From positions 62,001-126,000 of the forward strand of contig NIVC01000452.1 of assembly GCA_002269645.1 (NCBI GenBank): DNA of 64,000 nucleotides, read 5' to 3'. This DNA is from Macrostomum lignano (Eukaryota). How positions within the stretch are numbered: the stretch's first letter is position 1; each line of letters starts with the position of its first letter. The notes beneath the pieces were generated by a model that worked only from the letters and a program-made list of their open reading frames with translations, ran no database searches and was not told where the DNA came from. This document shows, one piece after another, positions 53,146 to 64,000 of the stretch. A program made the translations under genes and the position numbers.

Positions 53146-55629
53146 TTTAATTGGTCTAGGAACTTCTTATATAAAAACAAACTGAGTATTTGCGTTTATG
53201 ATTGCAGCAAATGGATGGGCAAAGTTTTGTCTGGATAAAGACAGCTAAATTTTGATAAGACTGAAGTATAAAAAAACAAAAAAAAATAATCCCTTTAAAC
53301 ATAAATTTGGCTTTCTAAGTAAAAAATTGATAAAAAATTATAATGCATTGGCAATGAATATTTTTCTTTAGTCCATTATTGAATAAAATATCTTTAATAA
53401 AACTTCTATTTATTTAGAAGAGATATAAAGATATAAAAAGACTTTAAAGATATATATGAATACTTTTTTCAAAAGTTAATACTTTTTAAAAATAATTTAT
53501 TACCTACTATTGATAATATTTCATGAAAAGCTATTTATATAGCAATATATTTTTATTAATCAATATATAGACAGACTCACACATTTATACCTACTAACAG
53601 ACCATTTTTAGTATATAGAAAAGCTATTTGGACAAATTAACAGATGTTTTTTGAAAGAAATTTTGTAATACAATATAAAAAGAGTACCTAAATTCTATAT
53701 TTTTGTTTTTTTTCTAATGCAATTTTAATTTTAATACAATGCATTTTCACTTAGAAAAGACTAAAGACTAAAAGACTAAAAGACTAAAAAATCTAAATTC
53801 AATAAAATTCAAGTATTTTTTTTTCCTTACAATGTTAATTTTACTCCATGTCATTTGCTTCAACAACAAAGCAAGAAAAGCAAAATTTACAAAAAAAAAC
53901 AGAAACCCCCCTTAAAGTTAAATAAAGCCAGAAGCCCAATCCTACTAAAGCAGTAATAGAGGAAATATTTCAGAATTTGAGCTAAAAATTCTTTGATCTA
54001 ATCACTGGCAATGTGAGTCATTATTAATTTAACTTTATTAACAATTAATTCGGCTAAAAATCGTACAAAAACTAGACCACGAAATCTAAGCGGAAATTTT
54101 ATAAACTTATCGTTTTGTTTCTATTGTTTATCCCTTTGTAATTGCGCGATAATACGCAATATAACAAACAATGCAAACTTTTATTGAAAAGATGACTTAT
54201 TTGTTTAAATTTTAAAAAGTATAATATGAAATATGCAAGATAATGTCTGATGTAATCTTTTACTGCACTTGATAGCAGATTGCGAAATAAAAATATATTC
54301 GTGATTTGTATTTTAACCATCAATGCCAAAAGTACGGTGCATTTTAATATTAATTTAGAGTTACAATGCGATTTACCTTTGTTTCAAAATTTTAATACAC
54401 GACAGCGCTGTTAGTACACTTTATACTAGAAATTCAGAGCAAAGTACATGTACATATATGTAGCGTAGGTGCGACTAACCATATGTCCTTAAATTGTCCA
54501 TATGTCCTGTGTAATTAAAAGAATATTTTCTTTTTATTCAAAAACTGTAATACTAATAGCTAATGAAATGAAAAATAATAAAGTTTGCGTACTACAACTA
54601 TTAAACTTGCGTATACACAGGGAGGTACATGTATGTACATTAATTATACATGCATGTGTACGCTTGTAAAAGTGCAGATCTGACCATACTACACGTATAA
54701 GATTATGAGACGACGAAAGTCAATCGTGATGCTTGCGCTTTGATCGTCATTGTATTACACGCAATTTGTATAATATGAAGTTCTATGTTATGCACGTAGC
54801 TATATTTCATTATATACTTCTAATTAAATGACATGCATGAGCTGTACAATTTTGAAGATCTTACATGCCAGATATTGTACCAGAAAGATATATACTTGAT
54901 ATTTTTCGATTTTTATAACAGTCACTACTATCATTAGTTTTTTTGCTAAATTCCTTGTATCGTGTAAAATAAATTCATAAATTAAGCCAGCATGCAGATT
55001 TGCGAGCGGACGGCATTATTTTATCTGCTTTTGTAATCTTGGCACTGGTATACCAGGTGATCTCTATACTGTTCGCTAGATACATTACCTAATATATCTT
55101 CATGTTTACACGACATACTTCTGACGAAGATATTTAAGCACACCAAAGTATGAGTGTGAGGGGTTTAATTGAAATTAGCTCGTACATGTAACGAGTAATT
55201 CACACACAGCATTTTTATATGCTGTGTAAACGACCGAATATAACATAAGGTCTGTTTGATAAAATAAACCATGAAAAAATATTGATCTTGATGCAAAATT
55301 TCAAAGCAATTAAGCTTAACATAAATGATGCACTGATCGTACACTGTCAATTAAAAGGCTGTATTTTTTCCAGGCAATCCATCAAATTGATTTACAGGAC
55401 TAATCGATATGCACAGACAGCAACATTTCGCACAGAGAAAAAAGCGAATGATTCATCTGTACACGTTTAATCATGCATCCCTATCGTTTCTATCAATAAT
55501 TATAGCACTGAAAAATGTCATGAGATGCTCAGGTGTACAAATAAAAATAAAATTCTCACAGTGAAATTAATATTTGTGACGCAATTATGAATACAGTGAA
55601 TACAGCTCGCAGCTCGCACAGGCAGTGCA

Positions 55630-55880
55630 TTTTAACTTGTAACTCTCCACGACGGCGTTCGTTCATCGATCAGAACTAGTAGAAATTCTCCTGGAGCGGT
55701 GTGTGCGAGAATAAAATATAAAGGGCATGTACACTCTCTGTGCATCGGTGAGAATGGTACGCAACCGCCCCCGGCCAATCTTCGTGCACACAAACCCCAA
55801 ATTAATATGGTCGCACAAGGACTCGAACTCGGGGACAATGGTGCGAGAGCCAGACGCGTTTACCGCTGAGCTGCTCTGGG
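55630..55880 (-). mobile_element. tRNA-headed SINE-like element
   Basis: Minus strand AGAGCAGCTCAGCGGTAAACGCG (A-box-like) ... GAGTTCGAGTCC (B-box), followed by GTGTGCACGAAG and CACAGAGAGTGTACATGCC, motifs shared with the 31040 element. Confidence 0.6.
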
Positions 55881-55923
55881 CCCTTATTTCTTAGCAACTC
55901 AAATATATTTCTTCTATCTAGGA

Positions 55924-56495
55924 TATACATGTGCAACTTTGGGAATCACCCGGCCGTTTCTATTGGCAACACACACATGTAAGTCGCTATTGGCTGAGAG
56001 CAGTCACACCGAAGAGCTTGCGTGCACGGCAGCCGTTCACGTAAGCTCAGAATTGCGTGCACGGCGGCTATCTACCTAGTGCTTTATTTGCATGTATGCA
56101 GCCGTCCACCTAGTGTTGTAATTGCGTGCACGGCAGCCGGAAATTGGCCGGGACTGGGGCCCTTAAATCCACGCATTGGCATTGGCAAACCTAATTAAAA
56201 AATATTTTTACTATATTGTTTTATAATGTTTTATCCCCCGTACACCATGGACTGCAAATGTAATCTTAATTCATTGTTTTTTTGTTAACTTGAATATTAA
56301 TTCGAATAGTATATGACTTACTGTATAAGCCTATAAGATATAGCTCTGCCGTGCACGCAATTCTGAGCTTACGTGAACGGCGGCCGTGCACGCAAGCTCT
56401 TCGTTGTGACTACTTTTCCGTCCAATAGCGACTTACATGTGTGTGTTGCCAATAGAAACGGCCGAGTGAATCTCCCAAGGTTGCGCCCAAGCATG
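55924..56495. mobile_element. Fold-back MITE with ~170-bp inverted arms
   Basis: 55932-56095 is the near reverse complement of 56345-56485; the 8-bp direct repeat ATCTAGGA flanks it at 55916-55923 and 56496-56503 (putative TSD). Confidence 0.75.
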
Positions 56496-56529
56496 ATCTA
56501 GGAAATTGTCTATAACCAAAGTGCATGCT

Positions 56530-59500
56530 TTATTCTCTACTTATAGAACACTGTTAACCGTGCGCCACAACCACACGACAGAAGACGTAATGTAGGCCTA
56601 ACGTTTATGGTTGACGCGTACACTTAGGCTTTATGTGTTAATAAACCCTGCTCAACAATGTATACTTACATCTCCATTGCCGCCTTCGAACATCATGTTA
56701 GAATAGCGCTTAAACGGGTAGGCAAAGCTCGATGTCTGCTGCATTGGTGGCTGCGGCCGCTGCAGACTGCCGCTTCCAGGCTCAGTGTAGGCGTACGCGT
56801 TGTTGACCTCTGGCTGGTCCAGATGCGCCCGAGGTATGCGACCTCGATACTGTGACAAGGACTGAAGTGTTATTGTTGGTTAGGCTGATGTTGAGCATTA
56901 TTGGAAAAGTAACAGATGATAAGATGTCTAAATTGACACGCCCGTATGCGAGATAATGCGCGGCACAAAAAGCAAAACATGTAGCAAAAATGGCACTCAC
57001 AGCGTCATTCCGCGAACCGTACGTGGAGACAACAACGGACTCCTGAGGCGAACTGTTATCAGCGATAGTCTTGGCCACTCGCTTTTTCAACCGTTTCTGA
57101 CGCCGGTTCATGCACAGCATGCCAGTCACCACGGCGACTATGATGACGAACAGGATTGGCACCACAATCACCAGGGCAAGAACGGCTGGGCTCAGCTGGA
57201 CAACAGAGCAGCTGTTTCCAGTGTAGCCAGTGAAGCACTCGCAGGTGAAGTTCTTGCCTGTAACCGTTTTGCAGATGCCGTTTCCTGAGCAGGAGCTAAC
57301 AGTGGAATCGCATTGCTGTGTGCAAACTGTGCCCTGGTTGCTGGTGTCGGAGTCCAGGTAGCCTGGGCGGCAGGTGCAATTGTAGCTGGTGCCCGTTGGG
57401 GTGCAGGTGGCGTAAGGCGAGCAGCCAGCCTCACCGGTGGCGCAGAAGTCGTACGCTGAAAGTTAAAGAAGCGGCTTTCTTTTATGCGAAATTTTCCTAT
57501 TCAAAGTAAGAAAAGTAGAATGTACGAATCGAGGAAAGTGGCAAGTGCAAGAAAAGGATAGTTGGTGAAGTGGCAGGCAATCGGTAAAGACAGTTGGTAA
57601 AGTGACAGACAATTGGTAAAGACACAGTCGGTAAAGTGACAGGCGATCGGCAAAGACACAGTCGGTAAAGTGACGGGCAATCGGTAAAGACACAGTCGGT
57701 ACAAGACCGTATTGCGGTCCCTACGCGTTGCTGTGGTGTTCTCAGCCGAAAAGTTGAACGCGCTGGCGTTGACACTGGAAGCGAACGCGGTTATTCCGGA
57801 ATCCACGTCCGAGGCGATGTCGCTAGCCGACATTCCGGGACTGGACGTGTTGGTTCCGACGTCCAGCCTATAGGTAGTGACCACCGATCCTGGCTCCAGC
57901 TTGACAAGTACGAATTGAAAGAAAGCGCTAGAGAATTGGCGATTCGATGACATCGACAGACAGGCGCGCATCTGAAATTTGAGTAAACAATTTTCGTTGG
58001 AAAGTGCACACAAATAGACTAGAGTAATAGAAGCTGCTTACATAGAGTTCAAATTTTGCGAAGAAGCTGATCGACGCGGCTGAATCAATCTGATTGAAGT
58101 CGGTGATAAAAGAAACTCCAACTATTCTATTTCGTGCTGTCACTGTGTTTCTCTCTGAAATCGAGTTGCTATCAATTATAAAATCACTGTTTTCAATCAC
58201 GGAAAACAGAAGTACAAGGTGACGCCTAATGAGGGCCAACCCCCAAGATACAGAGAGTGTACATGCTTGACGATTAGAAGTCAGGGCCGCTGTACACTGC
58301 TTGAGCGTGTGTATGAGTGCGTGCCTGCGAACAAGTATCTGGAGCTTGTACAAGAACTTTCCCTGACTTTCCCTGTACAAGAACTAATTTACTAAAGCAA
58401 ACAATCACTCACTAAGCTGGCATCTATCACCAATAAATTTTGATCCGCAAGAGCATCTCCTGATGCTTCCAATATAAAAGCACGGTCTGCCATTCTGACA
58501 ATAGTTGAGCGGACACTGCCCAGCTTCTGTAGTCTGCACGACGCTCAACGGAGGTGTTGTTGACAGTGTTGATAAAGAAGTTGATGGCTCTGTCACAATG
58601 GGACTTGGCTGAGGTCCAGTCGATGCAGGACCTGTTGGCTGCGGTCCAGTCGGTGTAGGACCTGTTGGCTGAGGTCCAGTCGATGCAGGACCTGTTGGCT
58701 GAGGTCCAGTCGATGCAGGACCTGTTGGCTGAGGTCCAGTCGGTGAAGGACCTGTTGGCTGAGGTCCAGTCGGTGTAGGACCTGTTGGCTGAGGTACAGT
58801 CGATGCAGGACCTGTTGGCTGAGGTCCAGTCGGTGTAGGACCTGTTGGCTGAGGTACAGTCGATGCAGGACCTGTTGGCTGAGGTCCAGTCGATACAGGA
58901 CTTGTTGGCTGAGGTCCAGTCGATACAGGACCTGTTGGCTGAGGTCCAGTCGGTGTAGGACCTGTTGGCTGAGGTACAGTCGATGCAGGACCTGTTGGCT
59001 GAGGTCCAGTCGATGCAGGACCTGTTGGCTGAGGTCCAGTCGGTGAAGGACCTGTTGGCTGAGGTCCAGTCGATGCAGGACCTGTTGGCTGAGGTCCAGT
59101 CGGTGTAGGACCTGTTGGCTGAGGTACAGTCAATGCAGGACCTGTTGGCTGAGGTCCAGTCGATACAGGACTTGTTGGCTGAGGTCCAGTCGATACAGGA
59201 CCTGTTGGCTGAGGTCCAGTCGGTGTAGGACCTGTTGGCTGAGGTACAGTCGATGCAGGACCTGTTGGCTGAGGTCCAGTCGATGCAGGACCTGTTGGCT
59301 GAGGTCCAGTCGGTGAAGGACCTGTTGGCTGAGGTCCAGTCGATGCAGGACCTGTTGGCTGAGGTCCAGTCGGTGTAGGACCTGTTGGCTGAGGTACAGT
59401 CGATGCAGGACCTGTTGGCTGAAGAGTACTGGATGGAGGAAGAGATCCCATCGGAGGAGTTCCGGATGGAGGTGGAGATCCCATCGGAGGGGTGCCAGAA

Positions 59501-60633
59501 GGAGGAGGAGATCCCATCGGAGGGGTGCCAGAAGGAGGAGGAGATCCCATCGGAGGGGTGCCAGAAGGAGGAGGAGATCCCATCGGAGGGGTGCCAGAAG
59601 GAGGAGGAGATCCCATCGGAGGAGTGCCAGACGGAGGTGGAGATCCCATCGGAGGGGTGCCAGAAGGAGGAGGAGATCCCATCGGAGGGGTGCCAGAAGG
59701 AGGAGATCCCATCGGAGGAGTGCCAGACGGAGGAGGAGATCCCATCGGAGGGGTGCCGGACGGAGGTGGAGATCCCATCGGAGGGGTGCCGGACGGAGGT
59801 GGAGATCCCATCGGAGGGGTGCCGGACGGAGGTGGAGATCCCATCGGAGGGGTGCCGGACGGAGGTGGAGATCCCATCGGAGGGGTGCCGGATGGAGGAG
59901 GAGATCCCATCGGAGGGGTGCCAGACGGAGGTGGAGATCCCATCGGAGGGGTGCCAGACGGAGGTGGAGATCCTATCGGAGGGGTGCCAGACGGAGGTGG
60001 AGATCCCATCGGAGGGGTGCCAGGAGGAGGAGATCCCATCGGAGGGGTGCCAGAAGGAGGAGATCCCATCGGAGGGGTGCCAGAAGGAGGAGGAGATCCC
60101 ATCGGAGGGGTGCCAGAAGGAGGAGGAGATCCCATCGGAGGAGTGCCAGACGGAGGTGGAGATCCCATCGGAGGGGTGCCGGATGGAGGAGGAGATCCCA
60201 TCGAAGGGGTGCCGGATGGAGGAGGAGATCCCATCGAAGGGGTGCCGGATGGAGGAGGAGATCCCATCGGAGGGGTGCCGGATGGAGGAGGAGATCCCAT
60301 CGAAGGGGTGCCGGATGGAGGAGGAGATCCCATCGAAGGGGTGCCGGATGGAGGAGGAGATCCCATCGAAGGGGTGCCGGATGGAGGAGATCCCATCGAA
60401 GGGGTGCCGGATGGAGGAGATCCCATCGAAGGGGTGCCGGATGGAGGAGGAGATCCTGTCCAAAGAGTGGTTGCTAGCTGTGCGTCTCCTGTAAATGTTA
60501 GGGGAGCCACATAAACATTTAGTCTAGTTAACTTTCAGTTAGCTCCTAAATTGGCAGCATTCAAAGTAAAATAAATACCTTGACACAGCAGACAGACGGC
60601 AATTATTGCCTGTAGCAATTTGGGTCTGCCCAT
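56530..60633 (-). CDS. Type I transmembrane mucin: signal peptide, PTS repeats, EGF, SEA, 2 EGF, TM, cytoplasmic tail (~1048 aa)
   Basis: Exons (minus strand): 60633-60579 ([18 protein letters not shown]), 60488-58413 (PTS plus [15 protein letters not shown]), 58154-58042 and 57971-57725 (SEA with LEPGSVVT), 57455-57001 (two EGFs, [28 protein letters not shown], stop-transfer RRQKRLKKR), 56849-56670, then either 56550-56530 or read-through to the stop at 56652. Phases consistent. Confidence 0.87.
57560..57700. repeat. Short degenerate minisatellite (CGGTAAAGACACAGTCGGTAAAGTGACAGGCAAT), mucin intron 4
   Basis: Imperfect tandem repeats. Confidence 0.8.
58605..60465 (-). repeat. Coding VNTR of the mucin: two 30-bp (10-aa) repeat blocks
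   Basis: Block A 60465-59420 (GSPPPSGTP[P/S]M, about 35 units, some 9 aa); block B 59420-58605 (GP[A/T/S/V][S/P]T[G/V]PQPT, about 27 units). Confidence 0.95.
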
Positions 60634-62734
60634 GCCAGAGGGTGGTGGCTGGTTAGGCTGTCTGTTGAACCTGATTCCTTGTGTATCCTTTTTTAATTCG
60701 ATAGAATTGTCGGAGCGGTGAGTCTGAGATGGCGCAGCGTTGAGTTTTTAGACTCGTGCCAGGCATTATTTAATAGAGAGAGGACCCGCCCACTCTGTGG
60801 CGAAGCGCCATTTGCTATTGCTTGCGCTCCATAGCGACGCTGCATCATAAAGATGGACATGCAGAGTGAGTCATTCTGTTCTTCTATCTCTCTGCATGTG
60901 TACACTGAGCTGTGTGCATTGTGCTCTCAAGTCTAAACCTTTCATTGACACAGAAAAGAAGAGCAGACATCGAGCTGGACTTAGACCGTTTGGGGGAGCC
61001 GAAAATAAGCTTAGATCAAATTCTGTGCTCTGCATAACTATACTTTTTAATACAAGCGATTTGGGGTTTTCGAAAGCTAACCAAATGCTAGATTAACAAA
61101 GCTTAATAACAATATTGCTCTTCGAAACTTTTCTTGACATTTTCTAAATTTCTACATGTACATTTTGGTTAGTTGAACACCGACAAGATGTATCCGGCAA
61201 GTTCTGACACTTTTAATCCCGCGGGAGCAGAAATGGAAGCAGCTGCATACCTCTGATGTCATTTAAGCTGTAACACTGTCTGGCTTTACGATGCTTTAAC
61301 CAAGGAATTCTTTAATTAGCAAGACAAGATTGCTAAGTATAGAACTCCTTGCTTTAACCATTTGAAAGCCAGAGGCCTGCACCGCTGCAGGCCATACCGA
61401 AACGGCCTAAAGCTCAGAGCTTCAAAAATGTCCATGGCATCAAAAACCATGTCCCGCATCACTAAAGCAAGTGCTGACTATGGCCGGCACATAGACATGG
61501 TTTAAAGAAGTCCATCAAGTATTTTCATTATGTTTTGACTCAAATGTTTGCTGTCTCTTTCGGGTGCGTAGAATCCATTTGTGGGTAAGGAGGGTTTAAA
61601 CAGGAACTAGCAGAAAAGCTCTATACTTCTGGGCTTTTAGGGGTGCACCTGATTCAGTAAGAAAGACAAATTTGTCTATGGCCTTGGCTTTGAAGCGATC
61701 TTACAGAACCAAGCTTGGATGCCTAGAGGTTAATTCAAGCATAAATTTTGAATGAAATGACCAAACGTGTACGAGATTAGAATTGGATTTATTCGAAAGA
61801 AGACATTTGCCGCTTTAAAGTGACATCGAAGGTGGTCTGGACGCAGCTGTTTCCATTTTTGTTCTGGATTAGTGAAGTAAGTAACCAATGTAGCCGCACA
61901 CCGCCAGCAGCCGCGTCTTTCACTAGAAATTAATGCGCTTTTTTAAACGCGAGACAGCTACGCGTCTCCACCCGTATGGCTCTCTGCCTTGAGTGCAGAG
62001 CATGCAAATAATGATGCTGAGTTCTTTTACGTTTTCTCTCTCTCTACTCCCTCTCTTGAGAGTAAACTAACCCTATAACATCGTACATGTACATATGTGA
62101 GGTATGCACTGACATGGTTTGAAGCCAGAGTAGACAAATACAAGATAGAAGAGCGAGTGCCATAGCTACATAAAATGTATGCAGCACCAATATATACAAA
62201 AAAGGTTGAACTTAAGCTTTAGATTAATAATGTAGGCCCGCACATTGAAAACGCACAAGATTTCACACAGAATTGAATGTGAAAAACTTTACGAAAACAT
62301 AGGGCGCGGAAACGAGAGGTCCCGGTTGAGGGTGTTTATGGCCAAAAAGTGATTTGATTCAGTGCAAAGCCAGCACGAATATAATGACAACACTTTTTCC
62401 CATTAACGCCCTTAATTAATTAAAGCATGGGTATTACTACTCGTAATATTGTGCCATAGACATTTGTGTCCTTGACAAAGTGGGACAGAATAATCGGGCG
62501 TTAAGTATAAGATATTCTATGGGTTTGAGGTTGGTGTGTGATTAAATCCCGAGAGCCGAAGGACATACCTTTTCTTACCAGAGACAAAATTTCTCGAGTC
62601 ACGAAGGATGAGAAGAGAGAAGCTCGCTTATTTAGATACATGCAATAATCCTTGCAATATGTCCGGGAAAGTGATCGATTAAATCCCGCAAAATAAGATC
62701 TATGTCAATAACCTCCCTGAAAGTGAGCTGAAAG

Positions 62735-63968
62735 TGGTTTAAATGTCATTAACTGCCCGCTAATTTGCATTAAAGTAAGTTTGACATAGACAATCGGGCG
62801 TTAAATGTCATTAACTGCCCGCTAATTTGCATTAAAGTAAGTTTGACATAGGCAATCGGGTGTATAATGTCATTAACTGCCCGCTAATTTGCATTAAAGT
62901 AAGTTTGACATAGGCAATCGGGTGTATAATGTCATTAACTGCCCGCTAATTTGCATTAAAGTAAGTTTGACATAGGCAATCGGGTGTATAATGTCATTAA
63001 CTGCCCGCTAATTTGCATTAAAGTAAGTTTGACATAGGCAATCGGGTGTATAATGTCATTAACTGCCCGCTAATTTGCATTAAAGTAAGTTTGACATAGG
63101 CAATCGGGTGTATAATGTCATTAACTGCCCGCTAATTTGCATTAAAGTAAGTTTGACATAGGCAATCGGGTGTATAATGTCATTAACTGCCCGCTAATTT
63201 GCATTAAAGTAAGTTTGACATAGGCAATCGGGTGTATAATGTCATTAACTGCCCGCTAATTTGCATTAAAGTAATTTTGACATAGGCAATCGGGCGTTAA
63301 ATGTCATTAACTGCCCGCTAATTTGCATTAAAGTAAGTTTGACATAGACAATCGGGTGTATAATGTCATTAACTGCCCGCTAATTTGCATTAAAGTAAGT
63401 TTGACATAGGCAATCGGGTGTATAATGTCATTAACTGCCCGCTAATTTGCATTAAAGTAAGTTTGACATAGGCAATCGGGCGTTAAATGTCATTAACTGC
63501 CCGCTAATTTGCATTAAAGTAAGTTTGACATAGGCAATCGGGCGTTAAATGTCATTAACTGCCCGCTAATTTGCATTAAAGTAAGTTTGACATAGGCAAT
63601 CGGGTGTATAATGTCATTAACTGCCCGCTAATTTGCATTAAAGTAAGTTTGACATAGACAATCGGGCGTTAAATGCCATTAACTGCCCGCTAATTTGCAT
63701 TAAAGTAAGTTTGACATAGGCAATCGGGCGTTAATGACATTAACTGCCCGCTAATTTGCATTAAAGTAAGTTTGACATAGGCAATCGGGCGTTAAATGTC
63801 ATTAACTGCCCGCTAATTTGCATTAAAGTAAGTTTGACATAGGCAATCGGGTGTATAATGTCATTAACTGCCCGCTAATTTGCATTAAAGTAAGTTTGAC
63901 ATAGGCAATCGGGCGTTAAATGCCATTAACTGCCCGCTAATTTGCATTAAAGTAAGTTTGACATAGAC
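62735..63968. repeat. 62-bp satellite (GCTAATTTGCATTAAAGTAAGTTTGACATAGGCAATCGGGTGTATAATGTCATTAACTGCCC)
   Basis: Period 62 (GCTAATTTGC at 62821 and 62883), about 20 near-identical units. Confidence 0.97.
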
Positions 63969-64000
63969 AATTTGTTCGATATTTCTTTCCTGCAAGCGGG

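Noticed and set aside
59385-60514. Plus-strand ORFs ([11 protein letters not shown])n and ([10 protein letters not shown])n, and the alternative minus frame 58427-60463
   Set aside because: Antisense or shifted frames of the mucin VNTR; only the Pro/Ser/Thr frame splices to the signal peptide and EGF/SEA exons.
61220-61870. Possible degenerate transposase (CAGHSQHL, CxxH-like) within weak inverted repeats
   Set aside because: Frames are riddled with stops and the similarity is too short to support without a profile search.

Overview
Eukaryotic (metazoan) genomic DNA with GC-rich exons, AT-rich spacers and very dense minisatellites. The style suggests a free-living flatworm such as Macrostomum; this is inference, not proven. 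I reconstructed seven protein-coding genes by hand from GT-AG junctions with consistent phases: ARFGEF3/BIG3 (minus, 5' part, runs off the window), TPGS1 (minus), TMEM186 (plus), a melatonin-receptor/Tre1-like NRY-motif GPCR (plus), an orphan with a possible PH/PTB-like domain (plus), a 12-exon Na+-coupled SLC4 bicarbonate transporter (minus), and a transmembrane mucin with MUC13-like SP-PTS-EGF-SEA-EGF-EGF-TM architecture (minus). The best-supported oddity is a 1279-bp non-autonomous hAT element (14-bp TIRs, perfect 8-bp TSD ATCTGCAG) inserted into the GPCR coding sequence just after helix 8. It replaces the original 54-aa tail, still intact downstream, with a 63-aa transposon-derived tail and poly(A) signal. 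Other points: further MITEs, a CORE-type tRNA SINE, a second SINE family, a different minisatellite in almost every longer intron of the BIG3 and SLC4 genes, candidate alternative N- and C-termini of the SLC4, and strong regional enrichment of the palindromes TAGGCCTA and TACATGTA. Most long ORFs in the supplied track are tandem-repeat or antisense artefacts. No CRISPR array, rRNA or intact tRNA gene is supported.
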